The translations under genes and the position numbers were made by a program. A DNA stretch of 64,000 nucleotides from a virus (Duplodnaviria > Heunggongvirae > Uroviricota > Caudoviricetes), in IMG/VR virus record IMGVR_UViG_3300037311_000024, positions 52,350 to 116,349 of that record. The stretch is one strand, 5' to 3'. Positions 46,103-53,932 of the stretch are shown here, piece by piece; position 1 is the first letter of the stretch, and each line of letters begins with the position of its first letter. The notes beneath the pieces are model-generated. The model ran no database searches, was not told the origin of the DNA, and saw only the letters and a list, made by a program, of their open reading frames with translations.

Positions 46103-46915
46103 ATGAACTACATCATCCTAAACGACTCGATGGTACTGAACTACGGCGGTAAGACGATCTCGATCGCTAACACTGACGAACGATACACGAAGGTCATCGA
46201 CCTGATTCGAGACAACAAGCTGGAAGAGATCCCAGCGGTCATCGAAGCGCAAGCCTTAGCCTTCAGCGGCGAAGGTGTGGAGCTGCGAGACGGAGTCATC
46301 GTGGTTGACGGCGTGGCTATCCCGCACGAGCTTTCCGATCGAGTGTTGAAGTTCCGTGAACAGAAGCTTCCCTTCGAACCACTTTTGAACTTCTGGCGTA
46401 ACCTGAGGAAGAATCCTTCCTTTAACTCTCGTCAGATGCTCTACAAGTTTCTGGAGCATAACGGTCATCCGATCACTCCGGACGGCTGCTTCATCGCGTA
46501 CCGTGGCATCCGAGACGACCTGAAGGACATGCACACCGGTACCTTTAACAACGCGCCTGGACAAGTGTGTGAGATTGCTCGCGATCAGGTTGATGACAAT
46601 CCGAATAACACTTGCTCGCACGGTCTTCACGTGGCATGCTTCGACTACGCCAAGGGTTTTGGTCAGAAGCTCGTAGAGGTTAAAGTTAACCCTTCGGACG
46701 TGGTCGCGGTACCCACCGACTACAACGGCACCAAGATGCGGGTTTGCAAGTTCGAAGTTCTAAACCTGATCGATAAGCCAAGAGCCGAAGAGCTTGCATC
46801 CGACGTGGAAGGTTCGGACTACATGACCGAGGACGAGGTTGACGAGCAGGAAGCTAACGACTGGGACAGCGAAGATGATTACCACAGCTGTGACTGTGAA
46901 TTCTGCACGGAATAA
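46103..46915 (+). CDS. hypothetical protein (possible rIIB-like partner)
   Basis: 270 aa directly downstream of rIIA-like gene; acidic C-terminus; no motif. Confidence 0.3.
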   Translation: MNYIILNDSMVLNYGGKTISIANTDERYTKVIDLIRDNKLEEIPAVIEAQALAFSGEGVELRDGVIVVDGVAIPHELSDRVLKFREQKLPFEPLLNFWRNLRKNPSFNSRQMLYKFLEHNGHPITPDGCFIAYRGIRDDLKDMHTGTFNNAPGQVCEIARDQVDDNPNNTCSHGLHVACFDYAKGFGQKLVEVKVNPSDVVAVPTDYNGTKMRVCKFEVLNLIDKPRAEELASDVEGSDYMTEDEVDEQEANDWDSEDDYHSCDCEFCTE

Positions 46916-46930
46916 GAAAGGAAGAATGTT

Positions 46931-47266
46931 ATGAACGCTTTAAAAGTAAGAAGTTGCAAGCACTGCGGAGAGTCTAAACACATGCGAAAGCTTGTGGACG
47001 CTGAGTATGGAATCTTCAGTGAGCGATACTGGACCTGTTTCCAGTGTCATCCTGAGCTTGACTCGTCGGCTATCAACAACAGCGGTCAGAGTGGTGGACT
47101 CAAGGCGATGCGAAGCGAAGACGACGGTATGGGCGACGTATACTGCGACAGCTTTGATAAAGATCTTGACGAGGAAGCTCAAGAAAAGTATGCTGATGAG
47201 GATACGGAGCTTGAACTCGAAGACGATACCGTAGAGAACTTTCAAGGTGGGGAGAATCATGGGTAG
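46931..47266 (+). CDS. zinc-ribbon protein with acidic tail
   Basis: CKHCG...CFQCHPE. Confidence 0.4.
   Translation: MNALKVRSCKHCGESKHMRKLVDAEYGIFSERYWTCFQCHPELDSSAINNSGQSGGLKAMRSEDDGMGDVYCDSFDKDLDEEAQEKYADEDTELELEDDTVENFQGGENHG
47231..47258 (+). promoter_or_regulatory. conserved upstream motif copy (GTAGAGAACTTTCAAGGTGGGGAGAATC)
   Basis: Second copy of the 28-mer, ends at ATG of HNH gene. Confidence 0.4.
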
Positions 47267-47636
47267 AAGCGGAGACCTGAAGGCGGTGAACGACGACTTG
47301 ATTCGTCAGCTGCTAGAAGATCCGCTCTACGAGGTGAGACCCGACGGTACAATCCTGACGCTGAAAACGGTTACTGGAAAGGTAAGTGCAAACAGTGTGT
47401 GGAGAAAAGCTGGCAGGTACGAGTCTAACGGTTACGTCCAGATATCGTATGCAGGTAAGCGGTTACTAGCACACAGAATCGTATATCAGAAGTTTAAAGG
47501 AGGACTCAAGTGCGATTTAGTAGTTGACCACGGTAACGGAATAAGAGATGATAATAGGCCTGAGAACCTAAGTTTGGTTACAGCAAAGTCAAATCACTTC
47601 TACGTGAAGAGGAGAAAAAGCAATGAAAGTTCGTAG
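47259..47636 (+). CDS. HNH homing endonuclease
   Basis: SNGYVQISYAGKRLLAHRIVYQ...VVDHGNGIRDDNRPENLSL HNH_3 pattern; start moved to ATG 47259. Confidence 0.75.
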   Translation: MGRSGDLKAVNDDLIRQLLEDPLYEVRPDGTILTLKTVTGKVSANSVWRKAGRYESNGYVQISYAGKRLLAHRIVYQKFKGGLKCDLVVDHGNGIRDDNRPENLSLVTAKSNHFYVKRRKSNESS

Positions 47637-48519
47637 TTTGTATCTTATGGTGATGATCGCGGCCCTCGTGGGTTGTGGTCCTGATCGAGAAGTCGTTCAG
47701 GTTTACAAGGGAGATCCTGGTCAGAACGGGACGTCGTGTTCCGTAGGACCCGCCCTCGACGAAGAAACCTTCTCGGTGATTGGAGCAAAGATCTCGTGTA
47801 CCGACGGTTCATCGTCGCTAGTACTGAACGGCGCTCAAGGCCCACAAGGCGTTCAAGGCCCTCAAGGTCAGCAGGGTATCCAAGGCCCGGTCGGTCAGAC
47901 CGGCGCAGCTGGAGCGAGCTGTCAAGCGTATCGATCCATCCTCTTCTCAGGAGTATGGCTTGCATGTCCTAACCAGTTTCCGGTCTTGATCAAAGACGGC
48001 GAAGATGGAGAAGACGGCGAAGATTGTAAGGTGAAACAGTTGTCTAACGGCGCACGCATCACATGCGGAAGTTCAGTGGCCTACGTTTACAACGGACAAA
48101 ACGGTCAGAACGGGACTTCATGCTCTATCAGCAACGCGACCGGAGGAGCGCAGATCACTTGCGGAAGCACGAGTCAGATGATCTACGACGGTCAGAACGG
48201 AGCTGTCGGACCAGTTGGCCCCCCCGGACCTCAAGGACAGCCTGGACAGAACGCACTTGCTAACGCTATCGGAATCAAAGGCTACATCTATCCATGCGGT
48301 CAAGAGTTTGCAAACGATGAGATCTTCTTGCGACTCACGGACGGAAAGATTTTGGCTCTCTACGATGGTGGACCTCACGAGGATCGATTGGCACTTCTCG
48401 CACCGGGTAACTACATCACGACGGACCGTAACAAGAACCAGGCTTGTCAGCTCACGGTTGACTCTAACCTTAACGTGACGTCTAACCCACCGACTACTGG
48501 TCTCGGGTTGAACAACTAA
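47623..48519 (+). CDS. collagen-like repeat lipoprotein
   Basis: Lipobox LVGC; Gly-X-Y runs GAQGPQGVQGPQGQQGIQGPVGQTGAAGA and GPVGPPGPQGQPGQ; repeated NGQNGTSCS. Confidence 0.55.
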   Translation: MKVRSLYLMVMIAALVGCGPDREVVQVYKGDPGQNGTSCSVGPALDEETFSVIGAKISCTDGSSSLVLNGAQGPQGVQGPQGQQGIQGPVGQTGAAGASCQAYRSILFSGVWLACPNQFPVLIKDGEDGEDGEDCKVKQLSNGARITCGSSVAYVYNGQNGQNGTSCSISNATGGAQITCGSTSQMIYDGQNGAVGPVGPPGPQGQPGQNALANAIGIKGYIYPCGQEFANDEIFLRLTDGKILALYDGGPHEDRLALLAPGNYITTDRNKNQACQLTVDSNLNVTSNPPTTGLGLNN

Positions 48520-48524
48520 GGAGT

Positions 48525-49016
48525 ATGAACATGAAGTACCTAATCATTGCGATGCTTGTGAGTTTTGGAGCCCACGCAGCTGAGCCTGTGTGTAGCGAGG
48601 AGAACAGCCAAGAGGTGGCTACTGAGACGAAGGAGATCACTACCGACGTTCCAAGCCATCTTAAGGGAGCTACGATCATCGTTCGTACTGCGGACGGTCG
48701 TGAATCCTCGGTCCCAGCTGAGAAGTTCAAGGTCGTTCCTCGTAAGCAGCAGTTCATCGTGACTAAGACTGAGAAGGCTAAGGTCCTAAGCTGTACTACG
48801 AACGAGCCTAAGAAGAACCGAGTGGCCGTACTAGGCGGGCACGGTGCTCAAGGTGGTTTGAAGTCTAGTCAGTCGGGGTCGACCGTTGAAGTTGAGTCCA
48901 AGACCGGGGCTGTAGGCGGATTACAGTACCAGCGAATGCTGAACGACACGTTGTCGATTGGTGTTCAAGGTCAGACTAACAAGACAGGATCACTGCTCAT
49001 CGGCATCGACTTCTAA
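48525..49016 (+). CDS. secreted beta-rich protein, OMP-like C-terminus
   Basis: Signal peptide ...GAHAAEP; alternating hydrophobic C-terminus ending LLIGIDF. Confidence 0.35.
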   Translation: MNMKYLIIAMLVSFGAHAAEPVCSEENSQEVATETKEITTDVPSHLKGATIIVRTADGRESSVPAEKFKVVPRKQQFIVTKTEKAKVLSCTTNEPKKNRVAVLGGHGAQGGLKSSQSGSTVEVESKTGAVGGLQYQRMLNDTLSIGVQGQTNKTGSLLIGIDF

Positions 49017-49079
49017 CAAAGTTCCTTGGTGGACCAAACGTCAGGCTGGCGTGACAGGCGGGGAGAGACCCGCACCTAA

Positions 49080-49107
49080 TAGAGAACTTTACAAGAGGGG
49101 AGAATCG
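49080..49107 (+). promoter_or_regulatory. conserved upstream motif copy (TAGAGAACTTTACAAGAGGGGAGAATCG)
   Basis: Third copy; ends 1 nt before ATG 49109. Confidence 0.4.
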
Positions 49108-49108
49108 A

Positions 49109-49348
49109 ATGAGACTCTTTTTACTAGCTTCTGTACTGCTAATGACAACGGGTTGTGGTGACATCAAAGTTACGCAGCCGAAAGACTTCGTAGTGAAGCA
49201 TCAGGTAGATCTTGAGAACTTGGAAGTCTACTTCCGAAAGCTCTGCGAAGAGGAGTTGTCTCAAGACGGAACGTACGAACCCACTGCGCTTGAAGTAGAT
49301 ACCTGTGTTGACGTTAAGATCGCAGAGTTCTTAGACGCGATCACTTAG
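49109..49348 (+). CDS. small lipoprotein
   Basis: MRLFLLASVLLMTTGC lipobox. Confidence 0.5.
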   Translation: MRLFLLASVLLMTTGCGDIKVTQPKDFVVKHQVDLENLEVYFRKLCEEELSQDGTYEPTALEVDTCVDVKIAEFLDAIT

Positions 49349-49538
49349 ACTGATTGACGAAGGTCTTCAGCTCGTTGACGAACTGTAGGCCTTCCTTTTC
49401 AAGACGATCCAAAACTCTAACACCTTTGGTCTTAGAGTCTAGAAACTTCTCTACGTCCCTAAGCGCCAAACCTTCTGACGCTAGGAAGTGGACAAGCTGT
49501 GTGAGGGCTATCTCGAAGTCACTCAGCTCCCTGTTCAT
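49341..49538 (-). CDS. hypothetical protein
   Basis: 65 aa; convergent overlap with 49109..49348. Confidence 0.35.
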   Translation of the reverse strand: MNRELSDFEIALTQLVHFLASEGLALRDVEKFLDSKTKGVRVLDRLEKEGLQFVNELKTFVNQSK

Positions 49539-50343
49539 CCTGTGGCGCTTCTTCTTGCTGAATAGGCTCGTAAGGTTTTACAGGAGCTTCGACGTCTACG
49601 AAGAACTTAACGTACTGCTGAGGAACTAAGACCCCGTAGTGTAGTTCTCTAGATCCGGAAGCGAAGACTAGACCAGCGATATGACCTTCTGAGTCAAAAA
49701 CCGCAGAGCCTGAGTTACCTGGTAGTACCAGAGCGGAGGTGTGTTGAGAGTCGTACTTCTTGGTTACAGGAAAGCCGAAAAGACACTGAAATCCGTGCTC
49801 TTCAAACTCTTCTTTGGTGCATGGACGAACGTCAACTACGATCTCAACTTCCATTCGATCACCAAAGGTGCCCCTAGAAACCGTGTGAGGGTAGAGTCTA
49901 GGATGTCCAGAGATGATAGCAGCATCTCCGAACTCGGGTGCCTTCTTGGAAACTTCAGTGCGGATCTTCAGGTTTTCTTTGATCTTAACCAAGCAGAGAT
50001 CATGCTGCTCAGACTTCTTAAGTGCGATGACTTTATGCTTACCCTTGCGAGAGACGACTACGCCACCCTTCTCAGCAACCTCACAGACGTGTCGGTTGGT
50101 CAGGATCTCAGAGCCAGTCTCGTCGGAGTTGAGGATAACTCCGCTACCTCCACCGTTCTCCTTCAGGTTCATGATCTTGACGGAAGTCTCCGCAAGCTCC
50201 TGAGTCGTGGTAGGTTCGATAAGCTTGGTGCTCACTGCTTGGTGATAGGTCCCAAGACCCAGCGCAAGCACGATAGCGACCATGGAAGCACGAACGGCCC
50301 TACGACCGGGTTTCAGTTTGGAGGCCAACTTTTTTAAACTCAT
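49519..50343 (-). CDS. membrane-anchored/secreted trypsin-like (S1) serine protease
   Basis: N-terminal signal/TM; His (LTNRHVCE), Asp (HDLCLV), Ser (GNSGSAVF); paralogous to 23298..23960. Confidence 0.6.
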   Translation of the reverse strand: MSLKKLASKLKPGRRAVRASMVAIVLALGLGTYHQAVSTKLIEPTTTQELAETSVKIMNLKENGGGSGVILNSDETGSEILTNRHVCEVAEKGGVVVSRKGKHKVIALKKSEQHDLCLVKIKENLKIRTEVSKKAPEFGDAAIISGHPRLYPHTVSRGTFGDRMEVEIVVDVRPCTKEEFEEHGFQCLFGFPVTKKYDSQHTSALVLPGNSGSAVFDSEGHIAGLVFASGSRELHYGVLVPQQYVKFFVDVEAPVKPYEPIQQEEAPQDEQGAE

Positions 50344-50345
50344 TA

Positions 50346-50648
50346 CTAGTTCACACTTTCAGTCATGGGATTAACTTCAGTGTGAGCTTGACTGAGCGCC
50401 ATACTCACCTGCGTGACGTTCTGAAGATGAGCTGCGGATAGCTGCATCAGAGTTTTACGCAGTTCAGGGTCCATCGCTTTAGAACCCCTGATCTCTTGGA
50501 ACTCCACTCCCATGACCTGAATGACGTCCGACAAGATCTTCAAAGCCAGGAGATACTCCCGCCTTTTGACGATCATAACATCTTTGATTTGCTGTTTTTT
50601 CTTACGACCCATCTTAGGATTCTGACACAATCCGATCGATAAGTCCAA
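50346..50648 (-). CDS. hypothetical protein
   Basis: 100-aa ORF downstream of clpP-like gene. Confidence 0.4.
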   Translation of the reverse strand: MDLSIGLCQNPKMGRKKKQQIKDVMIVKRREYLLALKILSDVIQVMGVEFQEIRGSKAMDPELRKTLMQLSAAHLQNVTQVSMALSQAHTEVNPMTESVN

Positions 50649-51192
50649 GTTTGAGGGTTTCTTCAGAGGTAAGGTAGCAGTCCCGTTCGCAAAGCTTCTC
50701 GAAAGTTCGAGCTTTAGTGGTACCTTTTGAGAACTCTTCGTACATCATGCACATCTGTTTCTCTAATGTTTCCGTATGCTTAAGCTGAATCTTAAGGTCA
50801 GACAGCGTGCCCTTAATCCAGTCGGAGATCTCATGGATCATGAGCCAGGAATGCCTACCCATCAAGCGTTCGTCACCCGCCGCAAGGATGAAGGTGGCTG
50901 CAGACATGATCTTACCCCACCCCCGAGTGATGATATGGCAGGGAGAGGACCTGATACGATCGACGATGCCCATCATGTCGTAGACCGAACCGCCGTAGGA
51001 GCTGATCTCTATTCGGATCTGAGCCTCTGGATTCTTGTCCATCTCGTCGAGAGCCTTCATGACAAGCTCAAGGGAGCACTCGTCGACGTCGTCGTTAAGG
51101 TAGATTACTCGTTCTCTGAAGTTGACGTTGCGCTCGAAGATGTTGTCATAGTGATCGGTGTTTCTTTCACGAGCCACATCGTCTCCTTTCAA
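50614..51192 (-). CDS. clpP: ClpP-family serine protease
   Basis: Alignable along its length to ClpP: ISSYGGSVYDMMGIVD, GKIMSAATFILAAG (Ser), SWLMIHE (His), LGLIDRIV. Confidence 0.8.
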   Translation of the reverse strand: MKGDDVARERNTDHYDNIFERNVNFRERVIYLNDDVDECSLELVMKALDEMDKNPEAQIRIEISSYGGSVYDMMGIVDRIRSSPCHIITRGWGKIMSAATFILAAGDERLMGRHSWLMIHEISDWIKGTLSDLKIQLKHTETLEKQMCMMYEEFSKGTTKARTFEKLCERDCYLTSEETLKLGLIDRIVSES

Positions 51193-51385
51193 GTATTAAA
51201 AGTTAGGCCGATCTCCCACGGTAGGAGTTATCGCGCTCGGCTATCACACACGATAGAAGCTACCCTCGAGCCTCTAAACAGAGAGCAGTATCGGATCACT
51301 GACTAAGATCGCCTGGTCTACGTACCAAGTCCGCCGAGCAACCTCGATTTACGTGATGCCGCTAAGTCACGGATACCCGTCGGTA

Positions 51386-52078
51386 TCAAGCTTGAGAAGT
51401 AGATTCTGGGGAAGCTTCAGCTTGCTTCGCAGCCTCTTCTGCTTCCTTAGCCTTAGCAGCGGCTTCCGCAGCAGCTTTAGCTTGGAGTTCTGCCTTGAGT
51501 CGGTTGTGCTGTTTGATCAGCTCGCCAACTACAGAAGTCTTGTAAGGAGTACGAACTTCGTGGATGTGAAGATAAAACTTAGCTTTGCGGCTCTTAAGAT
51601 GCTCAGGGTAGTTCTCAGGGAATTGAACCGTGACCTCGATCTCTTCACCAGCCTTACGACCGATGAGAGCGTCTTCAAAGCCAGCGATCATCTTGCCCGT
51701 TCCGAGTCCGTTCAGGATGAACAGCTCGCTGTTACCACCGTCGAACAGGGCTGGAACTCCAGGAGCAAGCTCTTCCATGGAGCCGTCTTCCTTGAGCAGC
51801 ACACCAGCGTAGTCCATCAGGACGTTGTCGCCAGCTTTGGAAGCTTCAGTGGTAGCTACGGAAGCTTCCCACTCTTGGATCTGACCAAGATTCTGAGTGA
51901 CTTCTTGTTGAAGTCGAGAATGACCTTGAAGCAAGCTCATGATCATCTGACCTTGACGTTGAAGGATCGACTCGTGCTTCTGAGCGATCGTGGCGTTCTC
52001 TTGCATCACCTGCCCTTTGGTGGGCTGGGGAGCTTGTCGAAAACCTTTGCGGAACTGACTGACGTTATCGTTGGACAT
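51386..52078 (-). CDS. trigger factor-like protein (FKBP-type PPIase domain, TF signature-like N-terminus)
   Basis: GDNVLMDYAGVL..DGS..E......LFILNGLGTGKMIAGFEDALIGRKAGEEIEVTVQFPENYPEHLKSRKAKF matches TF PPIase domain; N-terminal KGFRQAPQP resembles GFRxGxxP. Confidence 0.55.
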   Translation of the reverse strand: MSNDNVSQFRKGFRQAPQPTKGQVMQENATIAQKHESILQRQGQMIMSLLQGHSRLQQEVTQNLGQIQEWEASVATTEASKAGDNVLMDYAGVLLKEDGSMEELAPGVPALFDGGNSELFILNGLGTGKMIAGFEDALIGRKAGEEIEVTVQFPENYPEHLKSRKAKFYLHIHEVRTPYKTSVVGELIKQHNRLKAELQAKAAAEAAAKAKEAEEAAKQAEASPESTSQA

Positions 52079-52105
52079 GTATAGTTCTCCTTTTAGAGTT
52101 ACAGT

Positions 52106-52855
52106 TTAGCTGATGAAGGTTAGATCGTCAAGAGGGATCTTCATCATCCCCCCTCTTCGTGAGTGAACCGCAGACACCATACCGTGTACGTCGGTCTTAT
52201 CAGGGTCCGGCACGTAGACTTCGTCATCGATGACGGCGTACTTACGAGCCTCGCCACGGATGTTCTCTGTGATCTGAATCTTGGCCTTCTTAGGCTCAGC
52301 AATCTTTTGAGGTTTGGGAGCTTCCGGGATGGAGGTAGGCTGTGAGGCTTGAGGAGTAGGAGCTTCAGACTTAGGCAAGGTAGAGCGCTTCATGGCAGCT
52401 GCAGCTACAAGCTTTAGGGTCTGAACTTCATCTGAACTAAAGGTTTCAGGGGTCGAACTATAAGAGTTTTCGCCCATAGCCAGCTTCTGGGCTATGTCAC
52501 ACAAGCGTTGTGTCACTTCTTGTGTCACATCTTCTGGGAGCTTGGCGGTCTTTGGAAAGTTGATCTGAACACTCTGGTAAGCTTTCTTCAAAGCCACCTC
52601 GCGCTCTAGCTGCTTGATCTTAGATTCTAAATCGCTCACGAGACCTCCGATTAAGTGTACGGGCAGGGCGCTACTCCTACTCCAGTCGTTAACTGGGGGC
52701 ATTAACGCCTGACTTACGCCCGACGTTGCACCGCGTGTCTCCAGTAGCTTAGGTCGCCCATCATGAACCGATTGCATGACATTCACGACTACGGTCCCAT
52801 TCAGCACCAAGGCAATCTCGGATGCGCCACTACAGCTTTCCACGCCGCCGTACAT
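52106..52855 (-). CDS. hypothetical protein (start uncertain)
   Basis: 249-aa ORF; Pro/Ala/Lys-rich linker. Confidence 0.35.
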   Translation of the reverse strand: MYGGVESCSGASEIALVLNGTVVVNVMQSVHDGRPKLLETRGATSGVSQALMPPVNDWSRSSALPVHLIGGLVSDLESKIKQLEREVALKKAYQSVQINFPKTAKLPEDVTQEVTQRLCDIAQKLAMGENSYSSTPETFSSDEVQTLKLVAAAAMKRSTLPKSEAPTPQASQPTSIPEAPKPQKIAEPKKAKIQITENIRGEARKYAVIDDEVYVPDPDKTDVHGMVSAVHSRRGGMMKIPLDDLTFIS

Positions 52856-52884
52856 TATGAGGTTAGCAATTTAGATGATTAAGG

Positions 52885-53721
52885 TCAAGCTTTTTTCTTA
52901 GGCTTGTGGACGTGCAGCTGACAGCGGCATCGCGGGTGAGTCGGTCCTACCGTAGGCAACCAGTCTCGCTTCTTCTTTCCGAAGTTAGAGCCGTTTGCTT
53001 GGAGTTCCGATAACTTATAGAGCTTGGGCGTACCGTCAGCGTTGGTGTAGAACCTTCTGCACCATTGACATAGACGAGCATCGCTGATAACAGTCTTGTA
53101 GACGAGTTGGTCCTTGGGAGCTTCCCCGGTGAACAAGCTGTCTGAGGTGGCGTTGTCTAGGATGGCGTCGTTTACGACGTGCGTTAGCGTGGTGGTGAAC
53201 CCTCGTTCGAACTGACTGGCTACGGAAGCCATGATGATAGGAATATAGTTTAGAAGTTCTTGCTTCTCGGCTTGGAGACGTTCTTGAACTTGTTCGGGAG
53301 ACGTCACACGGTTAACGGCGACGACCTGTCGGTGCTTGCGGTTGGCGTCTACCAGCTTCTGTCTGAGCTGCTTCTTAAGCTCTTCTCTGCTGGTCTCTAT
53401 GACGTCCGTGAAGGCCGCCTTAGCGGTGTCGAGAGTGCCTTGCTGAGCATCGTTCAGGATAGGAAGTGTTCGAAGTCTGGCTTGGTCTAGTAAGCTTGAG
53501 ATGGAAGAGTTCTTAGGGTACCCGTTGTCTGGTCGGTTCCTGAGAAGCACGTAAAGGAGTTCTATGACAGCTCTCTGGCCCAGTATGAGACCTAGTTGTT
53601 CTACCTTGATCTTGTCCTCGTCAGACATCAAAGCGTCACCGACGAGCGCAAACAAGAGCCCTAAGTAGGCCTTGTCTACGATCTCGTCGATGTTCTTGTA
53701 GAGCCGTCTATCAGCGAGCAT
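52885..53721 (-). CDS. minor head morphogenesis protein, Mu F / SPP1 gp7-like
   Basis: C-terminal CQWC...HPRCRCQL block typical of Phage_Mu_F domain; adjacent to portal. Confidence 0.55.
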   Translation of the reverse strand: MLADRRLYKNIDEIVDKAYLGLLFALVGDALMSDEDKIKVEQLGLILGQRAVIELLYVLLRNRPDNGYPKNSSISSLLDQARLRTLPILNDAQQGTLDTAKAAFTDVIETSREELKKQLRQKLVDANRKHRQVVAVNRVTSPEQVQERLQAEKQELLNYIPIIMASVASQFERGFTTTLTHVVNDAILDNATSDSLFTGEAPKDQLVYKTVISDARLCQWCRRFYTNADGTPKLYKLSELQANGSNFGKKKRDWLPTVGPTHPRCRCQLHVHKPKKKA

Positions 53722-53929
53722 GGCGTTCGATCTCCTGCCTTATCTCGCTCTCGATCTGTTCAAGCGTAGCGGCGTGCATCTTTAGAAGGTCGTCGTGAAG
53801 CTTGTTCAACCATTCGTCGGAGTACTTCTCTCCGTCCGTACAGTCGTGCTTAGCTTTGAGCGCCTTCTCTAGAAACTCGTCAGCATCTTCCGGATGCTCG
53901 TGCGGTAAGAGTTCAATCTTGACCTTCAC
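53711..53929 (-). CDS. hypothetical protein
   Basis: 72 aa acidic. Confidence 0.4.
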   Translation of the reverse strand: MKVKIELLPHEHPEDADEFLEKALKAKHDCTDGEKYSDEWLNKLHDDLLKMHAATLEQIESEIRQEIERHAR

Positions 53930-53932
53930 GAC

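Noticed and set aside
51353-52084. 243-aa plus-strand ORF antisense to the trigger-factor-like gene
   Set aside because: Leu/Ser-rich low-complexity translation; the minus-strand reading gives a recognisable PPIase domain
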